Assembly (NCBI GenBank): GCA_016776505.1
Contig: JADHTG010000012.1
Coordinates: 223 to 64,222 of the forward strand
Length of the DNA stretch: 64,000 nucleotides
DNA from: Bacteroidota bacterium
GTDB taxonomy: Bacteria; Bacteroidota; Bacteroidia; CAILMK01; JAAYUY01
Direction: 5' to 3'
Below the pieces are notes generated by a model, which was given only the letters and a program-made list of their open reading frames with translations, searched no databases and was not told the DNA's origin. Below, piece after piece: positions 8,664 through 16,921 of this stretch (positions are counted from its first letter, which is position 1; every line of letters starts with the position of its first letter). The position numbers were made by a program, and so were the translations under genes.

Positions 8664-9047
8664 CTAATTGTTTTTGGCACCGTCTTCAATCCAGGCCAGT
8701 ATCAATGCCTGCTCCGACGGAGTCGACCTGCCCTCATGAGTGCCTCCTACTTCGATCAGTTTTACATATAAAACACTGCTGGCAGCATCGGCAGTATCAA
8801 TCATGTTTTTTGCAAATAAGTCTGTATAGGCATTTGCTTCGGTCAGATCAACAGCGAAATGCCCTGTTCCATGGCAAGTCACACATTTATCAGTAAATAT
8901 TGGGATTATTTTCAGCGAAAAGCTCACAGAATCACCAGGTGGAATGACGATTTTTAAAGGCTCAATTATTTCATACTCACATGAGGTAATTATCAGTAAG
9001 GATGAAATTCCTATGAGCAGGGCAAATAACATTTTTTTTGTTTTCAT
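8664..9047 (-). CDS. Small lipoprotein with one CxxCH heme c motif
   Basis: Lipobox IITSC. The context IIPIFTDKCVTCHG resembles the planctomycete-type cytochrome c (PSCyt1-like) motif. Confidence 0.65.
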   Translation of the reverse strand: MKTKKMLFALLIGISSLLIITSCEYEIIEPLKIVIPPGDSVSFSLKIIPIFTDKCVTCHGTGHFAVDLTEANAYTDLFAKNMIDTADAASSVLYVKLIEVGGTHEGRSTPSEQALILAWIEDGAKNN

Positions 9048-9082
9048 ATACTTTCTTTTTATAATTATTTATTGCATATAAA

Positions 9083-9104
9083 AGCTGTTTAAAATTTAAC
9101 AGCT
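9083..9104. promoter_or_regulatory. Inverted repeat AGCTGTT-N8-AACAGCT in the predicted 5' leader of the cytochrome operon
   Basis: agctgtttaaaatttaacagct lies between the candidate -7 box (9109..9116) and the ATG at 9047. Confidence 0.35.
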
Positions 9105-9108
9105 GCGA

Positions 9109-9116
9109 CAAAAGTA
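9109..9116 (-). promoter_or_regulatory. Candidate -7 promoter box (TAnnTTTG) of the 9047->2458 operon
   Basis: caaaagta is the reverse complement of TACTTTTG. It lies 62 nt upstream of the ATG. Confidence 0.45.
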
Positions 9117-9171
9117 TAAAATATTAAGTACACCATCTCACCTAAAAAAATGATATATATTTTTTTTAATC

Positions 9172-9185
9172 AGGATATATGTCAA
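9172..9185. promoter_or_regulatory. FNR/Dnr-type box AGGAT-ATAT-GTCAA
   Basis: aggatatatgtcaa is a direct copy of the core GATATATGTCAA found 21 bp away. Confidence 0.45.
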
Positions 9186-9192
9186 CCATCTT

Positions 9193-9206
9193 TTGATATA
9201 TGTCAA
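9193..9206. promoter_or_regulatory. FNR/Dnr-type box TTGAT-ATAT-GTCAA (perfect consensus)
   Basis: ttgatatatgtcaa lies in the divergent intergenic region between the cytochrome operon and the Crp/Fnr gene at 9287. Confidence 0.55.
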
Positions 9207-9286
9207 TTTTTATTTTGAATTAACTTAATATTTGCATATCTTGGCATCAAAATTAATAATCAAAATCATTTAGTGCAGATAATTCT

Positions 9287-9982
9287 ATGACCCAAAATGG
9301 AGACAATTGTTCCTGCCAGGAATGCCTGCGCAAGACTTCAATATTCGAGTATTTAACTGATGAGGAACTCGTTGCTTTTAATGACAGCCGGTATCAGACC
9401 AAGTACAAAGCAGGAGAAATCATTTTTAAACAGGGAACTGCTATTACCCATATCATGTCCTTTACATCGGGATTGGCAAAGGTTTATATCGAGGGTTATA
9501 ACAACAGGGATCTGATTCTTCAAATAATAAAGCCCGGGAGTCTTATTGGAGGACCGGGTGTGTTAGTGGACAATATGCATCACTTTTCAGTGTCTGCAAT
9601 CACTGATTCCACAGCTTGTTTTATTGACATCAACGAGTATAAAAAATCACTGAATAATAATACTGAATTTGCAATCGCATCACTGAAGGAAATAAATTCA
9701 CAGCATATTGAGAATTTCAATAAATTCATTAGTCTCACTCAAAAACAAATGCAGGGCCGGATTGCAGACGCCATTATTTATCTATCAGATGAAATTTTCA
9801 ATTCCAATTCATATGATATGACGATTTCCAGGCAGGATTTAGCAGATCTTACAGCCATGTCGAAAGAAAGTGCAATTCGTATTCTCAAAGAATTCAAAGA
9901 CGACAAGATCATCCAACTGAACCACAATAAAATAGAAATATTAAATGTCGATAAGCTAAGAAGGTTTAGTGAAATTGGCTGA
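9287..9982 (+). CDS. Crp/Fnr-family transcriptional regulator with N-terminal Cys motif
   Basis: N-terminal CSCQEC, a cNMP-binding-like beta-roll and a C-terminal HTH (ISRQDLADLTAMSKESAIRILKEF). Confidence 0.9.
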   Translation: MTQNGDNCSCQECLRKTSIFEYLTDEELVAFNDSRYQTKYKAGEIIFKQGTAITHIMSFTSGLAKVYIEGYNNRDLILQIIKPGSLIGGPGVLVDNMHHFSVSAITDSTACFIDINEYKKSLNNNTEFAIASLKEINSQHIENFNKFISLTQKQMQGRIADAIIYLSDEIFNSNSYDMTISRQDLADLTAMSKESAIRILKEFKDDKIIQLNHNKIEILNVDKLRRFSEIG

Positions 9983-9995
9983 TGATGGATTTAGC

Positions 9996-10580
9996 TCATT
10001 TTATAATTTGCTTAAATTGTTTCCATTCGGCAGGTGAATTAATATTGAAAAACAATTTATTATTTCGCTTGATTTGCTGGCTGACATCCAAAAACTGAAC
10101 TCCCTCAGCATTGCTTAAAATATCCTGGAGCGCATAGCTTTTATGTTGAATATATTCTTCCATGTAGATCATCATTTTTGATGTATAAATCGAAATCAAT
10201 GGTTCGATTTTATGATCGTGAGTCGGAACCAGGGCAGTCTGTCCCACCCTCATTGATCCTTTCAGATATTCAATGAACTGGCTGTCAATGAAAGGCATAT
10301 CACAGCTCAGAACTATATTGCAATCAGCATCTGAATATTTTAGGCCGGTATAAATGCCACCAAGAGGTCCGATATCCCTGACCAAATCGCTGTATACATC
10401 TAATCCGAACTGATTGTATTCTACCTTATTCGAACAGATAATCAATCTTTTCACATGAGGGTTTAAAACATCAATGGCATATTCTACCAACGCTTTACCA
10501 GCTATTTTCAATAAGCCTTTTTCCATCCCCATGCGGCTGCTTTTTCCACCACTTAGGATAATCCCGTTTAAGTACTTCAT
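9996..10580 (-). CDS. mobA: Molybdenum cofactor guanylyltransferase
   Basis: The N-terminal GIILSGGKSSRMGMEKGLL nucleotidyl-transferase motif and the 194 aa size are typical of MobA. Confidence 0.85.
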   Translation of the reverse strand: MKYLNGIILSGGKSSRMGMEKGLLKIAGKALVEYAIDVLNPHVKRLIICSNKVEYNQFGLDVYSDLVRDIGPLGGIYTGLKYSDADCNIVLSCDMPFIDSQFIEYLKGSMRVGQTALVPTHDHKIEPLISIYTSKMMIYMEEYIQHKSYALQDILSNAEGVQFLDVSQQIKRNNKLFFNINSPAEWKQFKQIIK

Positions 10581-10598
10581 CCCAAATCATTTGCTTTC

Positions 10599-10606
10599 CA
10601 AATGTA
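10599..10606 (-). promoter_or_regulatory. Candidate -7 promoter box for mobA
   Basis: caaatgta is the reverse complement of TACATTTG. It lies 19 nt upstream of the ATG at 10580. Confidence 0.4.
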
Positions 10607-10663
10607 CATTAATTAAATTTCCCAGTTTTGAGCCAAAATTTATTGTTATACAACAAGATTTGC

Positions 10664-10671
10664 TATTTTTG
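10664..10671 (+). promoter_or_regulatory. Candidate -7 promoter box for the Crp/Fnr gene at 10690
   Basis: tatttttg matches TAnnTTTG and lies 19 nt upstream of the ATG. Confidence 0.4.
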
Positions 10672-10689
10672 TAAACAGAATTAAAACCT

Positions 10690-11403
10690 ATGGATACATA
10701 TACCAATAATGACATAGTAAGCTGTCACCACTGTGCCAACAAGGATGCTTCACTTTTTACTCATATCTCTAATCAGCACAAGGAAATTATTAATAATGCC
10801 AAAGTGCATTGCGATTATAAAAAAGGAGAAACTATTTTTAAGGAGGGGATGAAACCAACCGGTTTGATTTGTCTGAATGAAGGAAAAGTGAAAATATTCA
10901 AGGAAGGAATTGGAGGAAAAGAACAAATACTCAGGTTTGCAAAACCCATCCAGTTGATCGGATTCAGAGCTGTATTTTCAGATGAGAATTATATGGCTTC
11001 TGCTGTTGCCATTGAAGATTCCAGAGTATGTCATATTGAAAAAGACAAAGTTTTAGAGGTAGTTGATAAGGACAGCGAATTAGCTTTCAAAATAATACGA
11101 AGATTAGCTGATGAACTGGGGGATGCCAAAACTCGCCTGGTTAATCTAACTCAAAAACATGTGAGGGGCCGTTTGTCTGAAGCTCTTATCATTTTGCATG
11201 ATACCTATGGGAGTAATTCTGTTGATGGTTATTTGGATGTGCTGATTGGAAGAAATGACCTGGCTGACCTGGCGAACATGACGACTTCAAATGCCAGCCG
11301 AACACTTTCTGCCTTTGTGGAAGAAGGATTACTCAGTACACAGGGACGCAAAATTAAAATTCTTAACATGGAGAAGATCAAGCAAATCAGTTCCTATGGC
11401 TGA
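10690..11403 (+). CDS. Crp/Fnr-family transcriptional regulator with N-terminal CxxC
   Basis: N-terminal CHHC, a cNMP-binding-like domain and a C-terminal HTH (GRNDLADLANMTTSNASRTLSAF). Confidence 0.9.
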   Translation: MDTYTNNDIVSCHHCANKDASLFTHISNQHKEIINNAKVHCDYKKGETIFKEGMKPTGLICLNEGKVKIFKEGIGGKEQILRFAKPIQLIGFRAVFSDENYMASAVAIEDSRVCHIEKDKVLEVVDKDSELAFKIIRRLADELGDAKTRLVNLTQKHVRGRLSEALIILHDTYGSNSVDGYLDVLIGRNDLADLANMTTSNASRTLSAFVEEGLLSTQGRKIKILNMEKIKQISSYG

Positions 11404-11428
11404 TCCTTATTTTCTGCCTGAATCCGGA

Positions 11429-11962
11429 TTAATCCAGGTCTAATTTAGCTCTGCAGGGCGTACAGAAATCCTTGCCTTTCTGATCAATGTCTTCTACATA
11501 GGTGCTTGACCTCATGACGCAAACAGGAATGTGGCAGTGTATTAAACCAAAAGTATGACCCAGTTCATGTATAATAATTTTTGCAAAGCGATTAAGCAAT
11601 AGTTTTTCGTCCTTTTTCATGCCGTATTGCTCATTTCTGAGCCTGTAAAGAGAAGCAATTCCCGAGTTTCCTTCCAATATGGCCTGTCCGAAAATATAGG
11701 TCAGAATGGGGATAAAAAGATCCACCCTGAATAATCCCACTTTCTTTATGGATTGCGCATAGGCCAGTGAATCAATTTCTTTTAACAAGCTATTTCCATC
11801 ATATTGCCGTCTGTCGGAATAATAAAAATCACTCAGATCCATATGACTTTCTTCCAATTGAACATCCAAATGAAACTGTAATCCTACATCCCTGGCTATT
11901 TTTTCAAGAAAATCGCTATCGAAATGCCCATGAGAAATTAATAATATACTTTGCTTATCCAT
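11429..11962 (-). CDS. Archaemetzincin-like zinc metalloprotease (peptidase M54)
   Basis: HELGHTFGLIHCHIPVCVM...CTPC matches the archaemetzincin signature HExxHxxGxxHCxxxxCxM...CxxC. Confidence 0.8.
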   Translation of the reverse strand: MDKQSILLISHGHFDSDFLEKIARDVGLQFHLDVQLEESHMDLSDFYYSDRRQYDGNSLLKEIDSLAYAQSIKKVGLFRVDLFIPILTYIFGQAILEGNSGIASLYRLRNEQYGMKKDEKLLLNRFAKIIIHELGHTFGLIHCHIPVCVMRSSTYVEDIDQKGKDFCTPCRAKLDLD

Positions 11963-12060
11963 TAAATTGAAATAATGGTTGTAGGATCATATTATTAAAA
12001 TAGCTCATCATGAAATTCCCCAATGACAACAGCATGTAATTCGATTAATTTGGCAATTGA

Positions 12061-13401
12061 TTATTTTGACTGTTTTAAACTGTATTTTTTTATTTTGTTG
12101 TAAAGTGTCACCCTGTCTACATTTAATGCTTTAGCCGAGCGGGAAATATTCCAGTCATATTTATTCAGAATTTGCTGGATGAATTTTTTCTCCAGATCAT
12201 CCAGGCTTTCAGAAGTATTACTCATGATATCTTTCTCGAGTGGAAGGTCTTTTAATCTTATTTCATTTTCATTACCCACCACGATGGCACGTTCAATCAT
12301 ATTTTCAAGTTCACGAACATTGCCAGGAAAATCATATTTTTCCAGTCGTTTCAAGGCAGCCTGGTGAATGGAAATGATATTCCTGCTCATGGATGTACAA
12401 TATTTTTCAATGAAGTAATTTACAAGCAATGGAATATCCTCAATTCTGTCCCGTAAAGGAGGTATAGTAATATTGACAACATTCAGACGATAATACAGGT
12501 CTTCACGAAAAGTACCATTTTTCACCATCTTCAACAAATCCCTGTTTGTAGCACATATGATCCTGAAATCAGATGATATTTCCTTATTACCCCCCACCCG
12601 AACAAATGTTTTTGTTTCCAACACACGAAGCAATTCCACTTGCATTTTAGATGATATGGTAGCGATCTCATCCAAAAAAATAGTGCCTCCATCTGCCATT
12701 TCGAACCGACCTTTGCGATTAAACATAGCACCTGTAAATGCTCCTTTTTCATGTCCGAATAATTCACTTTCCAGTAAGCTTTCAGTTAAAGCACCACAAT
12801 GCACGCTAACCAATGGAAAAAATTTTCTCTGGGAATTGTAATGTATCGCACGGGCAATCAGTTCTTTTCCTGTGCCACTTTCACCGGATATAATGATGGG
12901 TGAATTAGACTGGGCCACTTGCTCTACTTCTTTAAGCACTTTCATCATGGCTTCACTTGTCCCGATCAGATCTTCTACATTTTCCAGGGTGACCACTTTG
13001 TTTCTTAAAGCCTCATTTTCCGCTACAAGCGAAATCTGGTTGGCCGCATTTCTGATTAAATGAGACAGGTCGTCCGGATCAAAAGGTTTGGTTATATAAT
13101 CATAAGCTCCATCTTTCAAAGCCTGAACAGCGGTTGAAACAGATGCAAATGCCGTCATGATGATCACTATCGATTCTTTATTTAACGATTTGATCCTACG
13201 GTGCATTTCCAAACCATCCATTCCTGGCATTTTGATATCAGCAAGGATGATGTCAAAATTCTTGGATTCAAGAACTGACAACGCTTGCTTGGCATTTTCT
13301 GCACAATCCACCTGGTAGCCATCTTCAATAAACCAATTGTATAATGAATCTCTTACAGATTCCTCATCATCCACAACTAAAATTGAAATATTTTCAGCCA
13401 T
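12061..13401 (-). CDS. Sigma-54-dependent response regulator (NtrC family)
   Basis: Receiver domain (ILVVDDE..DIILADIKMPGMDG), AAA+ Walker A GESGTGKE, the sigma-54 contact motif GAFTGA and a C-terminal Fis-type HTH. It overlaps the upstream kinase gene by 8 nt. Confidence 0.93.
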   Translation of the reverse strand: MAENISILVVDDEESVRDSLYNWFIEDGYQVDCAENAKQALSVLESKNFDIILADIKMPGMDGLEMHRRIKSLNKESIVIIMTAFASVSTAVQALKDGAYDYITKPFDPDDLSHLIRNAANQISLVAENEALRNKVVTLENVEDLIGTSEAMMKVLKEVEQVAQSNSPIIISGESGTGKELIARAIHYNSQRKFFPLVSVHCGALTESLLESELFGHEKGAFTGAMFNRKGRFEMADGGTIFLDEIATISSKMQVELLRVLETKTFVRVGGNKEISSDFRIICATNRDLLKMVKNGTFREDLYYRLNVVNITIPPLRDRIEDIPLLVNYFIEKYCTSMSRNIISIHQAALKRLEKYDFPGNVRELENMIERAIVVGNENEIRLKDLPLEKDIMSNTSESLDDLEKKFIQQILNKYDWNISRSAKALNVDRVTLYNKIKKYSLKQSK

Positions 13402-15031
13402 TTTTTTGTTTTTTATTCTTTACCAAGGGTAAAATTATAGAAATAGTAGTTCTTTTGCCAAGTACAGAGTCCACATCGACACTTCCATTATGACCTTCAA
13501 TAATTCCATGGACAATGGCTAATCCCAAGCCAATGCCACTTGCTTTTTGCTTGGCTGAGTAAAAAGGTTCAAACACATGTGGAATATCTTCCGGATCAAT
13601 TCCTACCCCATTATCCCTTATCTCCAGTTTGATATGGCGGGCATCCGGATTACTCGTTTTCATAATAATTTCACCATTCTCCATGACCGCTTCAGAAGCG
13701 TTCAGCAAAATGGCAATACAAGCTTGTTTGATCTGGTTTTCATTGCAATGCACTAAATCTTTTTTGGCAGAAAAATCTGAAAGAAAGCTAATATTCGCAA
13801 TCTTCATTTGATGTGCCATCAGAGTATATGCTTCTCCCACAATTTGATGCAAGTTTTTGTTTTCATATTTTTGAAGATCCTTTCTTGAAAATTCCAATAG
13901 GCCCTTTACTATCTCACCGCATCGTTTGGTTTCAATTTCAATCACCCGCAAATATTTTAACATGGGTTCTTTGACCGAATCATCCAGATCAAGCTTGTTT
14001 AATTGCTTATGAACCAATTTGGTATAGGTTAAAACCCCGGCTAATGGATTATTAATTTCGTGGGCAACAGAAGAGGATAATTTACCCAGAGAAGCGATTC
14101 GTTCCACATGTATTAATTCGCCCTGAATTTCTGATAGCTCTTCAGATTTCTTTTGCACCTTGTATTCAAGCTGTTGTGACCAGTTTTGCAACTCAGTCGT
14201 AGCCATTTGCAGGTTATCAAGCATTTCATTGAAAGCTGTGGAAACCAGTCTCATATCATTCAACTGGTGAGATTTAATTTCCAACCTGGTACTTTTATCT
14301 CCCCTGGATACGGCTTCACTCGCCTTTATGATAGCATTTAAAGGATTTTTGATCTTTAGCCTGGTAAAAAAGATTAAGAAAGTCACTAAGATAAGAGTGG
14401 TCAGGGTGGCTAATGCATAGGATTTGTTGAGGTTTGTATCCAGCTCCTCTAAAGGTATTCTGATCACAAAAGAACCCAATACCTCCTCCTCCTGCTTGTG
14501 TGCATGACAAGAACCGGTATAACAGGATCTTTCATTCAAAATAGGAGATTTAATTAAAAGCAGCCGTCTATGGTAATCATACTGGCTCATGCTGCACTTA
14601 CTGTCAAAACTAATAATTCTGAAGGATTTTTCATTCCTGGGAAACATTTCTTCAATATTGCCGTGGCATTCCTTGCAATTTGGATTGCTGTGCCCGGTAG
14701 CTTCTTCAGAAAAGGATGAATATACCAGCCTGTCCTGCTGATCGTACATATTCACGTCCTCTATGCCTGGCATTTTGTTGATGATATTCAGCATATTTTG
14801 CAATGCTGTGTTATCGTTTTCCAGCATATACTGATACAGGGCACCTTCAACAAGCAAACAAACATTGTTCCCACTCTGCTGAATGATACTTTCCATGTAT
14901 TCCTTATTGACTGTTTTGAAAATGGTACCAAATGATATGAACAGAAAAATAGCTAAAATAGCTATGATCAGCACCACCTGACCGTATATGGAGGATGTGA
15001 AGCTAAAGTATTTTTTAAACAAAGAACTCAT
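13394..15031 (-). CDS. Sensor histidine kinase with periplasmic domain carrying CxxCH and Cx4CH motifs
   Basis: Layout is TM, about 165 aa extracytoplasmic domain, TM, HAMP, DHp (SVAHEINNPL) and HATPase (GIGLGLAIVHGI). CKECH is encoded at 14663..14677 and CYTGSCH at 14504..14524, both verified on the DNA. Confidence 0.9.
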   Translation of the reverse strand: MSSLFKKYFSFTSSIYGQVVLIIAILAIFLFISFGTIFKTVNKEYMESIIQQSGNNVCLLVEGALYQYMLENDNTALQNMLNIINKMPGIEDVNMYDQQDRLVYSSFSEEATGHSNPNCKECHGNIEEMFPRNEKSFRIISFDSKCSMSQYDYHRRLLLIKSPILNERSCYTGSCHAHKQEEEVLGSFVIRIPLEELDTNLNKSYALATLTTLILVTFLIFFTRLKIKNPLNAIIKASEAVSRGDKSTRLEIKSHQLNDMRLVSTAFNEMLDNLQMATTELQNWSQQLEYKVQKKSEELSEIQGELIHVERIASLGKLSSSVAHEINNPLAGVLTYTKLVHKQLNKLDLDDSVKEPMLKYLRVIEIETKRCGEIVKGLLEFSRKDLQKYENKNLHQIVGEAYTLMAHQMKIANISFLSDFSAKKDLVHCNENQIKQACIAILLNASEAVMENGEIIMKTSNPDARHIKLEIRDNGVGIDPEDIPHVFEPFYSAKQKASGIGLGLAIVHGIIEGHNGSVDVDSVLGKRTTISIILPLVKNKKQKNG

Positions 15032-15071
15032 GATGTTCTTTTAAAATAATGAGTAAATAAACCAATTCATT

Positions 15072-16715
15072 TTATGTTTTTTTTGTTTTTTTTATTGGTA
15101 AAAATATGGATATTGTTGTGCGTTTTCCCATTTCAGAATCCACCTCCACTTTCCCATTATGACTTTGGGCAATACCATGTACAATGGCCAAACCCAGTCC
15201 AATTCCACTTGATTTCTGCTTTGCAGAGAAAAATGGTTCGAAAACATGAGGGATATCTTCAGGTGCAATACCCACCCCATTATCAGTAATCTCGAGTTTA
15301 ATGATATCCTTTTCCGGGTTAGTCGTTTTCATCCATATTTCTCCATTGTCAGACATAGCTTCAGAAGCATTCAATAAAATAGCAATGCATGCCTGTTTTA
15401 TTTGATTTTCACTGCAGCTTATTAAATCCGATTTGGCAGAAAAATCAGTTCGAAAAATAATATCTGATATCTTCATTTGGTGGGCCATGAGGGTATATGT
15501 TTCTTCCAGGATTTTATGCAGGTGCTTGACTTCAAAATCATGTTGGTCTTTCCTTGAAAATTCCAGTAAGCCTTTAACGATGTCTCCACAGCGTTTTGTT
15601 TCCAATTCAATGGTTCTCAGATATTTTAACATCGAATCTTTTCCTGCATCATCCAACTGGGGTTTGCTCAATTGCTTTTGAACCAGCTTGGTATAGGTTA
15701 AAATCCCTGATAAAGGATTATTTATTTCATGGGCAACGGAAGAAGAAAGTTTACCCAGTGATGCAATTCGTTCCACATGGATTAATTCATTTTGCATTTC
15801 AGAGATCTCCACTGACTTCTGCTGCACCTTGTATTCGAGTTGTTGAGACCAATTTTGTAATTCATTTGTAGCTGATTGTAAATTGTCAAGCATTTCATTA
15901 AATGCACCTGAAACCATTCTCAGATCATATAAATGTTCAGGTTTTATCTCCAAACGGGTGCTCTTATCTCCCTTAGAAACAGCTTCACTGGCCTTGATAA
16001 TGCCATTCAAAGGATTGATGATTTTCCTCCTGGTGAAAAACATTAAAAAAGCCACAAGCAAGAGGGTGGTTAAAGCAGCCAAAAGGAAAAAATCAGTCGA
16101 GGATTCTTCCACAGCTGCGTCCAGGTCATTCAACGGGATTCGAATAACAAAGGATCCAAGGACCTCCTCGCTTTTATCATGTGCATGGCAGGCACTGGTA
16201 TAACAGGATTTTTCATTTAAAATGGGGGACCTGATTAAAAGCAGCCTGTGGTCATAGTCCTTCTGGCTCATCCTGCATTCGTGATCAATATTTATGATTT
16301 TGAAGGTCTTTTCTTTTCCTGGAAACATGCTATTGATATCCGAATGGCAATCCTTGCAATTGGGATTGTTGTGGCCTATGGTGTCATCGGAAAATGAGGA
16401 ATGAACAAGATTGTCCTCACTATCATACATGTTGACATCTTCAATACCCGGCATGGTATTGATAACATCCAGGGTGTTTTGGAGTGCGCTCCTGTCATTT
16501 TTAAGCATGGAATAATATAAAGCACCTTCGACTATGGAACCAATATTGTTTCCGTTTTGCTTAATTACTGTGTTTAAATAGCGCTCGTTGACTGACCTGA
16601 AAATGATGCCAAATGCTAAAAATACAAAAACAGACAGTATAGTGATGGTATATACTACCTGGCCATAAATGGTGAATCTAAATTTTGCTATTTTCTTTAA
16701 AAATCTATTCAACAT
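15072..16715 (-). CDS. Sensor histidine kinase, tandem paralog of 13394..15031, same heme-motif sensor domain
   Basis: Same architecture as the neighbouring kinase. CKDCH is encoded at 16344..16358, and CYTSACH is conserved. Confidence 0.9.
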   Translation of the reverse strand: MLNRFLKKIAKFRFTIYGQVVYTITILSVFVFLAFGIIFRSVNERYLNTVIKQNGNNIGSIVEGALYYSMLKNDRSALQNTLDVINTMPGIEDVNMYDSEDNLVHSSFSDDTIGHNNPNCKDCHSDINSMFPGKEKTFKIINIDHECRMSQKDYDHRLLLIRSPILNEKSCYTSACHAHDKSEEVLGSFVIRIPLNDLDAAVEESSTDFFLLAALTTLLLVAFLMFFTRRKIINPLNGIIKASEAVSKGDKSTRLEIKPEHLYDLRMVSGAFNEMLDNLQSATNELQNWSQQLEYKVQQKSVEISEMQNELIHVERIASLGKLSSSVAHEINNPLSGILTYTKLVQKQLSKPQLDDAGKDSMLKYLRTIELETKRCGDIVKGLLEFSRKDQHDFEVKHLHKILEETYTLMAHQMKISDIIFRTDFSAKSDLISCSENQIKQACIAILLNASEAMSDNGEIWMKTTNPEKDIIKLEITDNGVGIAPEDIPHVFEPFFSAKQKSSGIGLGLAIVHGIAQSHNGKVEVDSEMGKRTTISIFLPIKKTKKT

Positions 16716-16857
16716 CCATTATTTGAAATTTGAACAACAAAATCAATTACCAGCCTGCTTAAATATTCCTCAATTTTATATCATCAGGTCTTTTTGAAAA
16801 AGTAAAGGTAATAATTTTTATTATTGTGTTATGAAAGATTGATTGCAAGTATAAACT

Positions 16858-16901
16858 AAAAGCAAAAGCGATTTGAACAGGACGCCACTCGCTTTTGCTT
16901 T
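16858..16901 (-). terminator. Intrinsic terminator after the GCV_H-like gene
   Basis: 13-bp stem AAAGCAAAAGCGA/TCGCTTTTGCTTT immediately downstream of the stop at 16922. A T-rich tail follows on the minus strand. Confidence 0.7.
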
Positions 16902-16921
16902 CTTCCTAACATATGAGTTTC

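Noticed and set aside
9242-9257. TGGCAT-CAAAA-TTAAT, a sigma-54-like -24 element upstream of the Crp/Fnr gene
   Set aside because: The -12 region has no GC/TTGC element, so only the -24 half matches.
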